64,000 nucleotides of DNA from Synergistaceae bacterium (GTDB lineage Bacteria; Synergistota; Synergistia; Synergistales; Aminobacteriaceae), in NCBI GenBank assembly GCA_031280275.1, contig JAITGX010000049.1, positions 4,168 through 68,167 of the forward strand. Reading direction: 5' to 3'. Below, one piece after another: positions 1 through 9,008 of the stretch. Made by a program: the position numbers and the translations under genes. The notes under the pieces were generated by a model. The model did no database searches, was not told the origin of the DNA, and was given only the letters and a program-made list of their open reading frames with translations. Numbering within the stretch: the first letter of the stretch is position 1; each line of letters starts with the position of its first letter.

Positions 1-1
1 A

Positions 2-910
2 GAAATAGTTTTCAGCGACTCCGATCCGGCGGTCAACGAAAAGTACATGGCGGGTGCAGCGGTGCTTATCACCAGCACGAGGGGCATTTCACCCGACATG
101 CTCGCGAAAGCCGTAAATTGCCGTTATATACAAAAATACGGCAGCGGAACCAACAACATCGCCGTCAAGGAAGCGAGCGCCCGAAAAATCCCCGTGGGGG
201 CCGCAGTGGGGGGAAACGCCCGTTCTGTGGCGGAATACGCGCTGGCCATGGCTCTGGCCGTATACAAACACCTGATACAGAGCCATAACGCTTTAAGGCA
301 GGAAGGCCGTTGGCTTAGAACGCTGCTGTGCGACCAGAATTACGAACTCAGCGGGAAAAAAGTCGGCATCGTCGGTTTTGGCAGCATTGGAAAAACCCTG
401 CGGCGCTTGCTGCGCGGTTTCGACTGTGACGTGAGTTACAACGACGCGCAACGCCTTTCCGCGGCAGAGGAGAGCGTTCAAGAAGTCGTCTATATGGAAC
501 TCGACGACATCATGCGGAGCTGCGATTTGGTGTCCCTGCACTGCCCGCTTCTGCCGGAGACAAGGGGCATGATTGACGCGCGCCGCATCGGCCTGATGAA
601 ACCAACCAGCGTGTTGATCAACTGCGCCCGCGGCGGGGTAGTCAATGAAACGGCGCTCTATGACGCGCTGAAGGAACGCAGGATACTCGGCGCCGCTGTG
701 GACAACTACGAGACAGAACCAATAGGAAAGGATCACCCTTTTACTGGGCTCGACAACGTTCTTTTGAGCCCGCACAACGCTGGAGGCACTGTCGAAAGCA
801 TGGAGGCGATTGCGGCGCGCGCGGCCAAGAACATCAATTCCATTTTGGCCAGCGGGATAACCGCCTGCCCGGAGGATTTGGTCAACCGCGCGGATTTAGG
901 GAAGCACTGA
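2..910 (+). CDS. D-isomer-specific 2-hydroxyacid dehydrogenase family protein (5' end runs off the window)
   Basis: Frame is open from the window edge. NAD-binding GIVGFGSIGKTLRRLL (GxGxxG), plus CARGGVV and SPHNAG regions typical of the family. The last codons and the TGA stop lie inside repeat copy 1. Confidence 0.8.
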   Translation, partial: EIVFSDSDPAVNEKYMAGAAVLITSTRGISPDMLAKAVNCRYIQKYGSGTNNIAVKEASARKIPVGAAVGGNARSVAEYALAMALAVYKHLIQSHNALRQEGRWLRTLLCDQNYELSGKKVGIVGFGSIGKTLRRLLRGFDCDVSYNDAQRLSAAEESVQEVVYMELDDIMRSCDLVSLHCPLLPETRGMIDARRIGLMKPTSVLINCARGGVVNETALYDALKERRILGAAVDNYETEPIGKDHPFTGLDNVLLSPHNAGGTVESMEAIAARAAKNINSILASGITACPEDLVNRADLGKH

Positions 911-998
911 TTAATGGGGTTCTTAGGGGCCTGAGGCCCCTAAGCGGGGGGTGGGGCAGGGCCCCATAAAGGACTTGCTCAGCTTAATCCGTGTTTCC
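897..998 (+). repeat. Nested-palindrome MITE/REP-like element, copy 1 (forward, right half degenerate)
   Basis: tagggaagcactgattaatggggttcttaggggcctgaggcccctaagcgggg..gtggggcagggcccca...cttaatccgtgtttcc. Matches the family consensus. Confidence 0.85.
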
Positions 999-1024
999 GC
1001 AGCATGGTATGACGAGGTGCCATT

Positions 1025-2647
1025 ATGGAAAAAAAACTAAAGATATTCTTATCACTGATTTTAACGTTATTGTCGCTGCTCTTGATATCGGGGGCCTTAT
1101 GGCTCCAACCCGAAGCTGGGGCGCTCCTTGACAAAGACCAAGACTATCTGAGCACTCTTGCGCTAAAAATCGAAAAGATACCCCAGGAACGCAGGAAAAA
1201 GGCCATGCTGCTGCGCCTTGGGCTGGAGGGACCCCTGACGCCAGGCGGCAGCGCCTTTCACACCAAGCTGCTGAAGCTCGCGGGCGGCGTGCCGGGGGTT
1301 TTTGGCGGCGCTGACAACGGCCTCGCGCCAGTGACCTCAGAACAGTGGCGCAAGTTCGCCCCTGACTTCGTCTACACGGTTTCCTCAGAGTACAGCGCGG
1401 TGCAAAAACTTATGGAGCGGCCGGAGTGGCGCGGCGTTCCCGCCGTGAAAAACGGCCGGATCGTGCCCTTCGCCGACGAGCTGGTATCCCAGGCCTCTGA
1501 GTATGCAGGGTATTTTGCCTCCTGGCTGGCCTCGGAGATGTATCCGGACGAGTTCGCCGACGAGAAAAATTTAGTTCACCCCATGAAGATAACGGGAGAA
1601 CGTCCCCTTTCCATCGACGTTCCCTACGTGCGGCAGGCGCGAATTGTAGAGAGCGTCATCATGGACTTTACCCACAAAACGCTGCTGGTGGACTTTGAGA
1701 GGCCTCAGCGGATCATCTCCACCAACTCGGGGCAGCTGGACGGCGTCATGACCGTGGGCAACTCCTACTCGCCGCCTCAAACCTGGAGCATCTACCACAA
1801 ACTGGGCTTCGAGCGCTCCCAGTCGGATTTGCTTCAAACGCTCGGTCTCGACGAGACCGTGTCCAGCGTCATGGTTACAGGCGCAGACATGGACAATGCG
1901 GCAGTGAAGACCGCGTCTTACCGGGACATGACCGTCACGGCCGTCGTCACCGCCGGCGTGGAGTCCAACGCGCTCAGAACGTCGAAGGACACGGGCGCTT
2001 GGTATGAGCCGGGCACCATCAACATTCTGGTCATGACCAATCACCGGCTGACCGACCGGGCGCTGGCGCGGGCGATCGTCACCATAACGGAGGCCAAAAC
2101 CGCCGCCCTGTGGGACATGGATATCAGGAGCGCGCAGACCCGAGCGGAAAACCCTGCCACCGGGACGGGCACGGACACGGTCGTCGTGGTGTCTGGGGAA
2201 GGCGTCCCTCTGAATGGGTCGGGAGGTCACGCGAAAATGGGAGAGCTGATAGCCGGTGCGGTACACCAAGCCGTGCGGGAGGCGCTGCTCAAGCAGAACG
2301 GGAAAGCCCCAAGGCGCGGTGTCGCCGAAAGGCTGAGGGAACGGGGGATTTACGCTGCTCACATGCCGCCCGACTGCGCGCCGCAGATGGAAGCTTTGCT
2401 GCTGTCGCCAGACTCCACCGCGCGGGGCTTCATGGAGGCGGCCTTCAGCGTCAGCGACGCCTTTGTCATGGGGCAGGTTTCCGACCTGCGTTCCTTCAAC
2501 GCCTGGGCTTTGGCGGTGGCGTCGGAGACGGCGGGACGGCCTGTCGAAAAGCTGGAGGACCTCTTTAACGGAACCAGGGTACCGGAGGTCTTGGACACGG
2601 CACTGGACGCTCTTTTGACCGGCATAAAAAAGAGGGATAAACCATGA
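1025..2647 (+). CDS. Signal-anchored fusion protein: periplasmic-binding-protein-like segment + CbiZ (adenosylcobinamide amidohydrolase) domain
   Basis: N-terminal hydrophobic segment KIFLSLILTLLSLLLISGALWL. A BtuF/FecB-like stretch follows (FAPDFVYTVSS...WRGVPAVKNGRIVPF). CbiZ-type motifs: VVTAGVESNA, GTINILVMTN, ITEAKTAALWD, ATGTGTDTVVVV. ATGA overlap with the next gene. Confidence 0.65.
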   Translation: MEKKLKIFLSLILTLLSLLLISGALWLQPEAGALLDKDQDYLSTLALKIEKIPQERRKKAMLLRLGLEGPLTPGGSAFHTKLLKLAGGVPGVFGGADNGLAPVTSEQWRKFAPDFVYTVSSEYSAVQKLMERPEWRGVPAVKNGRIVPFADELVSQASEYAGYFASWLASEMYPDEFADEKNLVHPMKITGERPLSIDVPYVRQARIVESVIMDFTHKTLLVDFERPQRIISTNSGQLDGVMTVGNSYSPPQTWSIYHKLGFERSQSDLLQTLGLDETVSSVMVTGADMDNAAVKTASYRDMTVTAVVTAGVESNALRTSKDTGAWYEPGTINILVMTNHRLTDRALARAIVTITEAKTAALWDMDIRSAQTRAENPATGTGTDTVVVVSGEGVPLNGSGGHAKMGELIAGAVHQAVREALLKQNGKAPRRGVAERLRERGIYAAHMPPDCAPQMEALLLSPDSTARGFMEAAFSVSDAFVMGQVSDLRSFNAWALAVASETAGRPVEKLEDLFNGTRVPEVLDTALDALLTGIKKRDKP

Positions 2648-5600
2648 GACGCTCTCTCGGCTTGTTTTTTGTCTTGTTTCTTTTCTTTCTTTTCGCGGGC
2701 GCGGCCTCCGGGGGGATAAAGGGCAGCGCGGCCCTCATCGTGATTGACGCGGACAGCTACGTCGTTCAGCGCGCGGTATCGAACTTGACGTTGCCGGAGG
2801 GCTTCACCGCTCGCGCGTTCTGCATGTCCGACCTGGCGTCAGACGAGGCGGCGCGCTTTTTGAAGGACAGCTCCGTTATCGTGGTGGATGTGATGGATAA
2901 CGCGCTGTCGAGATATATCATTGACAACGGCCTGCTGGACGGCAGAAAAGTCCTGGCCCTGCGCGGCTCGCAGGACGACGTGTCCCTCAAGGCGAAGGGG
3001 TTTTTGTTCGACGAGGAAATTTCCTCATACTACACGTATCTCAGGGCGGACAACGTTCAAAACATGCTGAAACGCGCCCTCGTCCTGGCCACGGGCGCGG
3101 AGATAGCCTATGAGTCCGTGAAGACAACACCCGATGACGGGCTTTACCATCCAGAAGCCGGGGCAGACAGGGTTTTTGCCTCGGCAGAGGACTACCTGGA
3201 CTGGTACAGGAGCGCTCCGAACCGGCCTTGGCTGGGTCTCATGTTTTTCTCCACGTCCCTGGCGGACGGACAGCGGGAAGCGTTCGACGACCTTATCAGG
3301 AAACTGGAGCGGGGCGGCTTTAACGTCCTGCCGGCTTTCGGAAAGGACCAGACGATCATCGAGTCTTACTTTATAGACGGGGCCGGGAAGCGGAGGGTTG
3401 ACGCCGTGCTCTCTTTCTCGCTGAAATTTTACATGTCCCTGAACGAGGGCCTCGCTCAAGGCATCGCCAGCCTGGACGTCCCCATATTCAACGCTGTTAA
3501 CATGTATTCAGCCACCGTTGACGAGTGGCGGGAGAGCAAGGCCGGTATTCCAGCGCTGGACGTGATATGGACAATGGCTACCCCAGAAATATCCGGCGTC
3601 ATTGAGCCGACGCCGTTGATGGGCAAGATAAAAGAAAGAGGTGCAAACGGCGGAACGGTCTATCGATACGAGCTGATTCCCGGAATGATCGAGAGGCTCG
3701 TTCCCCGCATCCACAACTGGATAAAGCTCCGCAAAACGCCCAACGCGGAGAAGAAGATCGCCATACTTTACTACAACAACAGCCAGGGCAAGCAGAACAT
3801 AGGGGCAAGCTACCTGAACGTGTTTCGCAGCCTGGAAGAGATCCTGGACGGGATGAAGCGCGCCGGATACGGCGTCCCCTCTGACCTGAAGCTGGACGAG
3901 GAAGAGATAAAGGGGCTCGTGCTGAGGGGAGGCCGCAACATCGGCTCCTGGGCACCCGGCGAGCTGGACGCGCTTGTGGAATCCGCGCAGGTCGTGAAGC
4001 TGCCGCTGTCCCGTTACAGAGAATGGCTCGCGGAGCTGCCTGAGGACTTCAGGGCGCGCGTTGCCGAGCAGTACGGCGACCCTGCGGCCAGCGGTCTCAT
4101 GATAAAGGACGGAAACATCATCATCCCGATGGTGAAGGCCGGCAACGTCATCCTGCTGCCTGAACCGGCCCGCGGAGCCGCGGACGACCCGATGAAGCTC
4201 TACCATGACCCCCTGCTCTACCCCCCTCACCAGTACCTGGCCGCGTACCTCTGGCTCGAAAAGGAATTTGGCGCCGACGCCATGGTTCACCTGGGCACCC
4301 ACGCCACCTACGAGTGGATGCCAGGGAAACAAGCGGGGCTGTCCCTTTCCTGCCCGCCTGAAGTGCTGATCACGAGCATCCCCAACGTCTACCCCTACAT
4401 CGTGGACGACGTGGGGGAGGGGATTCAGGCGAAACGCAGGGGGAGGGGTGTGGTGATCGACCACCTGACCCCGGCCCTGACCGTGGCGGATGGCTACGGC
4501 GAGTACGCCGAGCTGAGCGGGTTTTGCGCCGATTACCGGCAGGCGGAGTCGATGGGCGCGGCCACGGCTGAGTTCTACCTCGAAAAAATCCGCGCCGCGG
4601 CGGCGGCGTTGGGACTGAACAAAGACCTCGGCCTCGGGGAGATCACCAGCGCGGACGTGCCGGCCATCGCGCAATACCTGGAGTACCTCGACGGCGTTTA
4701 CGTCCCCTACGGGCTTCACACCTTCGGGCGCTCCCCGGACAGCGAACAAAGGGAACTGACCGTGGGCGCGATCCTGGGGCAGAACCCGGATTTGACCTCC
4801 GAAGCCGTGGCGGACAAGCTCGAACGATCTGGGCCGGAGGAGACGAGTCGCTTCCTCCGGGCGCTGGAAGGCCGCTACGTTCCGCCCGCCGAGGGCAACG
4901 ACCCGGTGCGCAATCCCGCGGCCATTCCCACCGGGAGGAACTTTTACGGCCTGTCCCCAAACCGCCTGCCCACCCCGGAAGCGTGGATGCTGGGCCAGAA
5001 GGCGGCCAAGGAAATCGTGGAAAAGTACATCGAGGAGAAGGGCGTTTATCCTGACAAGGCAGCCGTAGTGCTCTGGGCCGTGGAGTCGCTTCGGAACGAG
5101 GGACTGAACGAGTCCGCGATACTGTCGCTGATAGGCGTGGAGCCGGTGTGGGGTCCCACGGGCATCGTGACCGGGACGCGCCCGACACCGGCGGCGCGGC
5201 TGGGGCGGCCTCGCGTGGACGTGGCAGTGGACGTGTCCGGCCTGTACCGCGACCTGTTTCCCGATAAGGTGCTGTTCATCGACGCCGCCATCCGGCAGGC
5301 CGCCGTTCAAGACGACATCGAGAACTTCATCCGCCGCAACGACCAGCGGATAAAGGAGAAACTGATTGAAGCCGGAATGAGCGAGAAGGACGCGGGACGT
5401 TTTTCCAAGGCGCGCGTCTTCTCGGAGGCGCCAGGGGCTTATGGCAACCGGGTGGAGGAACTGGTGTCGGCCTCCGGGCTGTGGGAGGACGAATCCGCCG
5501 TGGCGGAGGTGTTCCGCAGGCATACGGGCTACGCCTACAGCGGGGACTTCTGGGGCGCTCCGGCTGAGTCGGCTTTGGCCGAAAACCTGCGGGACGCGAA

Positions 5601-6516
5601 GGTGGCGTGGCATTCGGTCTCGTCGCAGTACTACGGATTGATGGACAACGACGACATGTTCATGTACCTGGGCGGGCTGTCGATGGCGATACGCGGCCTG
5701 TCCGGCGCGCCGCCCCGGACGATGATCGCCGATCAGCGGACGCTGGGCGGCGTCAAGATGGAGGAGCTGTCGAAGTTCCTGGGGGCCGAAATGCGTTCAC
5801 GCTACCTGAACCCCAAATGGATAGAGGGGATGAAGGCCGAGAACTACGCAGGAGCGCGGGAGATGTCCAACTACGTGGAGTATCTCTGGGGCTGGCAGGT
5901 GACGACGCCGAATGACGTGGATGAGTCGGCTTGGGAACAGACGTACCAGGTATACGTGGAGGATAAGTACGGGATGGACATAAAGAACTTCATGGACGAG
6001 AACAACCCCTGGGCGTATCAGTCGCTGACAGGGCGTATGCTGGAAACCGTGCGGAAAGGCTATTGGAACGCCAGCGAGGAGGTACGGAGAAAGCTGGCAG
6101 TGGAGTACGCCGTCAGCGTGGTGAACCGAGGCCTCGCCTGCTGCGATCACACCTGCAACAACCCGCAGTTTCACCAAATGGTGATGAACCTCATCTCAAT
6201 ACCCGGTCTGATGTCGCCGGAGATGGCGGCCGAGTTCAAGCTGGCAGTGGAAAAGGCCGGACAAAAGACGCTGGAGGAAATGACGCAGACGCGCGAAAAC
6301 CTGCTGAAAAACCTGGGTGAATCAAGGCCGTCGCAAACACCGCAGTCTGGCCTGGAGGCGGATTCTTCTTCCCAGAGCGTGAAGGGCTTCAAAATGGAGA
6401 ACGTTGAAAACGCGGAGACCTCGGCGCCGTCCTCTGGGGTGGAGTGGTTCGCATCGCTGTTCGTTCTGGCGTTCTTGGCGCTGTTCTGCATCGGTTTGAG
6501 GCGCGGAAAGAAATGA
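2644..6516 (+). CDS. CobN/Mg-chelatase-H family protein with N-terminal signal-like segment and C-terminal membrane anchor
   Basis: 1290 aa. CobN-type motifs recognised by eye: HLGTHATYEWMPGK, GIQAKRRGRGVVIDHLTP, NPAAIPTGRNFY. N-terminus MRRSLGLFFVLFLFFLFAGAASG. C-terminus WFASLFVLAFLALFCIGLRRGKK. Confidence 0.85.
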   Translation: MRRSLGLFFVLFLFFLFAGAASGGIKGSAALIVIDADSYVVQRAVSNLTLPEGFTARAFCMSDLASDEAARFLKDSSVIVVDVMDNALSRYIIDNGLLDGRKVLALRGSQDDVSLKAKGFLFDEEISSYYTYLRADNVQNMLKRALVLATGAEIAYESVKTTPDDGLYHPEAGADRVFASAEDYLDWYRSAPNRPWLGLMFFSTSLADGQREAFDDLIRKLERGGFNVLPAFGKDQTIIESYFIDGAGKRRVDAVLSFSLKFYMSLNEGLAQGIASLDVPIFNAVNMYSATVDEWRESKAGIPALDVIWTMATPEISGVIEPTPLMGKIKERGANGGTVYRYELIPGMIERLVPRIHNWIKLRKTPNAEKKIAILYYNNSQGKQNIGASYLNVFRSLEEILDGMKRAGYGVPSDLKLDEEEIKGLVLRGGRNIGSWAPGELDALVESAQVVKLPLSRYREWLAELPEDFRARVAEQYGDPAASGLMIKDGNIIIPMVKAGNVILLPEPARGAADDPMKLYHDPLLYPPHQYLAAYLWLEKEFGADAMVHLGTHATYEWMPGKQAGLSLSCPPEVLITSIPNVYPYIVDDVGEGIQAKRRGRGVVIDHLTPALTVADGYGEYAELSGFCADYRQAESMGAATAEFYLEKIRAAAAALGLNKDLGLGEITSADVPAIAQYLEYLDGVYVPYGLHTFGRSPDSEQRELTVGAILGQNPDLTSEAVADKLERSGPEETSRFLRALEGRYVPPAEGNDPVRNPAAIPTGRNFYGLSPNRLPTPEAWMLGQKAAKEIVEKYIEEKGVYPDKAAVVLWAVESLRNEGLNESAILSLIGVEPVWGPTGIVTGTRPTPAARLGRPRVDVAVDVSGLYRDLFPDKVLFIDAAIRQAAVQDDIENFIRRNDQRIKEKLIEAGMSEKDAGRFSKARVFSEAPGAYGNRVEELVSASGLWEDESAVAEVFRRHTGYAYSGDFWGAPAESALAENLRDAKVAWHSVSSQYYGLMDNDDMFMYLGGLSMAIRGLSGAPPRTMIADQRTLGGVKMEELSKFLGAEMRSRYLNPKWIEGMKAENYAGAREMSNYVEYLWGWQVTTPNDVDESAWEQTYQVYVEDKYGMDIKNFMDENNPWAYQSLTGRMLETVRKGYWNASEEVRRKLAVEYAVSVVNRGLACCDHTCNNPQFHQMVMNLISIPGLMSPEMAAEFKLAVEKAGQKTLEEMTQTRENLLKNLGESRPSQTPQSGLEADSSSQSVKGFKMENVENAETSAPSSGVEWFASLFVLAFLALFCIGLRRGKK

Positions 6517-7142
6517 CGACGTTTTTGGAGTACATGGACGCGGGCGGGTGGGTCATGTGGGTGATCCTGGCGCTGTCGGTTGCGTCAGCGGCTTTCGTCA
6601 TCGAGCGGGTGATTTTTTTCGCCGTGTCCAGGACGGACGCCGATGCCCTAGAACGGGCTTTCGTCCAGTCTCTGGAGAGCGGAAACATCGGGGAGGCCAA
6701 GGCGGCAACGTTTGGGCGCGGCTCCCTGAACAGACTGTATCAGTCGGCCTACGGTTGTTGGGACCTAGAGGACAAGGACATGAAGGTGATGCTTGAAGGG
6801 GAGGCGAGAGGGGAGATTTTTAAATGGGAGAGCAACCTTTCTTTCCTGGAGATCACCGCGAAGATTTCGCCTTTGCTGGGACTGCTGGGGACGGTGCTGG
6901 GCATGGTGGAGATGTTCCACACTTTGAATATAGGCGAGTCCGTGAACTCCGCCGCCGTGACGGGAGGCATTCGCAAGGCGCTCTTCACCACCGCAGCCGG
7001 GCTGACAGTGGCTATTCCGGCGATCATGGCCCATGGACTGCTGTTGCGTTGCGTGGCTCGCGCGGAGGAAACGCTGACTCGGGGGATCGACTTTATCATG
7101 AAAAAACGGTTCGAGCGGAAGGCGGCGTCGTGTTCTAAATGA
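6513..7142 (+). CDS. exbB: MotA/TolQ/ExbB family proton-channel protein
   Basis: In-frame ATG at 6513 overlaps the upstream stop (ATGA). Three hydrophobic segments. C-terminal LLGLLGTVLGMVEMF...GGIRKALFTTAAGLTVAIPA is typical of ExbB/TolQ. Confidence 0.85.
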   Translation: MTTFLEYMDAGGWVMWVILALSVASAAFVIERVIFFAVSRTDADALERAFVQSLESGNIGEAKAATFGRGSLNRLYQSAYGCWDLEDKDMKVMLEGEARGEIFKWESNLSFLEITAKISPLLGLLGTVLGMVEMFHTLNIGESVNSAAVTGGIRKALFTTAAGLTVAIPAIMAHGLLLRCVARAEETLTRGIDFIMKKRFERKAASCSK

Positions 7143-7531
7143 GACGCGCGCCCAGGCGGGGGGTTGACGTGGACATAACGCCTCTCATCGACGTCCTCTT
7201 TATGCTCATCATCTTCTTCGTCCTCACCACCGTGTTCGTCCAAGGCGCCATAACCATCGACCTGCCTCAGGGGAGCGCCTCTCCGGTATCCGAGAACAGC
7301 TCCATCGTTGTAACCGTGACAGCGGGCTCCGAAATACTGTGGGCCGGGGAAGCGGTGTCCCACGACGACCTGCCGGCGTTGGTGGCGGACGTTCTTGCCC
7401 GCAGCGGCGACATCCTGCTGGCTGGCGACAGGAAAGCACCTTACGGAGAGGTGGCCAGGGTTCTTAACAGCCTTCGCGCCTTGGGCGTCGGAAGCGTGGG
7501 TTTGGCCTTCGAGGGGGGCGGGGATAAATGA
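7139..7531 (+). CDS. exbD: ExbD/TolR family biopolymer transport protein
   Basis: 130 aa. DITPLIDVLFMLIIFFV N-terminal TM motif and a periplasmic domain. ATGA overlaps on both sides. Confidence 0.85.
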   Translation: MRRAPRRGVDVDITPLIDVLFMLIIFFVLTTVFVQGAITIDLPQGSASPVSENSSIVVTVTAGSEILWAGEAVSHDDLPALVADVLARSGDILLAGDRKAPYGEVARVLNSLRALGVGSVGLAFEGGGDK

Positions 7532-8253
7532 ACCGCGCCGCCGCTTCTCTTTTGCTCAGTGTTTTCCTGCACGCGGGACTGCTCTGGGTCTTTGCTCCGG
7601 TCTTTTCCGAAGGGAAACGAGAGGAAACAAACGCCGTCATAAGAGTGGTCTTTAATGGGAACGCCAGGGAAGCGCACAAGGCCGGCAAGGCCGAACCGGA
7701 GAAATTCGAACCGGAGAAACCCGCTGTCCCAGTTCCTGTTCCGCCTGCGGCAAAGCCGGAGCCAAAACCCAAGCCCCAACCTAAGTCAAGACCCAAAACT
7801 TCCCCTAAACCCCGTCAAAGTCCGACCAAGAAGAGTCGAGAAAACACCGTTCCAACTGCGGCGGAGAGGGAGGATGGCCCTTCTCAAGTCGGAGGCTCAC
7901 CCCACGGAGGCTTGCCTCATGGAGGCTCGCCTCACGGAGATATGCCTCGACAACTGAGTTCGACTGAAACGCGGCGGTCCACGTCGGTTATCGACGCGGA
8001 AAAGCTGAAAGTGACTCGAAGAATAAAGCCGGATTACCCGATGATAAGTCGAAAACGTAAAGAACAGGGTACCGTTGTTCTTTTGATAGACGTTATCGCC
8101 GGACAGGTGACGTCGGTGAGGCTGGAGCGCGGCAGCGGGTACCCCGCCCTCGATGAATCAGCGGCCAAGGCGGCACGTGGGTGGCGGTTCGAAACATCGG
8201 GGCACGGAGATAAAATCGTGGCACGGATTACCTTTAGGTTCGAGCTGAAGTGA
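7528..8253 (+). CDS. tonB: TonB family energy transducer
   Basis: N-terminal TM (LLLSVFLHAGLLWVFAPVF). Pro/Lys-rich linker (PEKPAVPVPVPPAAKPEPKPKPQPK). C-terminal TonB_C-like KPDYPMISRKRKEQGTVVLLIDV...GYPALDESAAKAARGWRF. Confidence 0.8.
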   Translation: MNRAAASLLLSVFLHAGLLWVFAPVFSEGKREETNAVIRVVFNGNAREAHKAGKAEPEKFEPEKPAVPVPVPPAAKPEPKPKPQPKSRPKTSPKPRQSPTKKSRENTVPTAAEREDGPSQVGGSPHGGLPHGGSPHGDMPRQLSSTETRRSTSVIDAEKLKVTRRIKPDYPMISRKRKEQGTVVLLIDVIAGQVTSVRLERGSGYPALDESAAKAARGWRFETSGHGDKIVARITFRFELK

Positions 8254-8336
8254 GAGCGTTTTTGGGAAGCGGAGCGGAAACACTAACCCTTCGGGCATGT
8301 GACAGCAATTTTACAGTCCCTCCCGTTGGCCGGGTA

Positions 8337-8431
8337 TAGAAAGCCCTGATTAATGAGCTGCTTAGGGGCCCAAGGTCCCTAAGCAGGGCGTGGAGTTCCA
8401 GCCCCACAAGGGGTTAATCAGCGTTTCCTTA
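8337..8431 (+). repeat. Nested-palindrome MITE/REP-like element, copy 2 (forward)
   Basis: tagaaagccctgattaatgagctgcttaggggcccaaggtccctaagcagggcgtggagttccagccccacaaggggttaatcagcgtttcctta. Confidence 0.9.
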
Positions 8432-8468
8432 ATAAAAAAGATAGGAGAGAAGAAAAATGACTCAACAA

Positions 8469-8518
8469 CCTGAGTGACTGATACAATTTCATTACATTAG
8501 CGAGTGAAATTATAAATA
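8469..8518 (+). repeat. 50-nt motif, copy A (inverted partner at 35320-35369)
   Basis: cctgagtgactgatacaatttcattacattagcgagtgaaattataaata. 47/50 identical to the reverse complement of 35320-35369. Confidence 0.85.
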
Positions 8519-9008
8519 AGACCTTGAAAAAGAAAAAATACGTTTCAAAAACTGATATCCTCTAGTTTAAAGGTTAGCTGCACCAAAACTGGAGGTTTCA
8601 ATCATTCAAAACGATTTCTCCGTCTTCGTAGGGATGGCTGCTGGTGTTCTCGTTTCTCAAAGCCTGCCGCTTCCCATGTGGAATTGCCGTCTTCCTTTTG
8701 GTGTCCAGGCCGCGGGCACGGAACGGCGCTTCAGTCAATGGCTTCACAACAGGCTGATAAATCCTCACAGCCTCTATGAAAAATTCTTCCGGTATGTCCT
8801 TCGAGGGCGGACACAGCATCCCTTACTGCTCGTCCTGGAACACCCGAGTTCTTCCGTCACCTTTGCCCGGTACGAAGAACTTCTGAAAACAGGCTCAACG
8901 CCTTCTCCCTCAGGACGTTACTGTTGTTTTCCCTGCCGGCAGAGGCTTTGTAAACCGTAAGCTCATGCGTACTCTTTCTTCTTTTGGCTGGGAATGGCGC
9001 ATTCGGAT

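Noticed and set aside
3508-5613. 701-aa ORF on the minus strand inside the CobN-like gene.
   Set aside because: It is entirely antisense to a gene with strong family motifs. It has Arg/Pro/Gly/His-rich composition with no motifs, which is the typical stop-poor antisense frame of high-GC DNA.
7660-7950. Short tandem nucleotide repeats in tonB (gaaccggagaaattc x2, and three GG(S/L)PH-coding 15-mers).
   Set aside because: They encode the Pro/Lys/Gly-rich TonB linker, which is normally repetitive. There is no evidence of a separate element.
8598-8960. 73-aa minus-strand ORF and 108-aa plus-strand ORF between repeat copies 2 and 3.
   Set aside because: The two overlap each other. The minus-strand reading is broken by stops in adjacent frames just upstream, which looks like a decayed gene. 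No motif was recognised, so it is not reported as a gene. It is only noted as possible cargo remnant in the 50-nt-motif finding.
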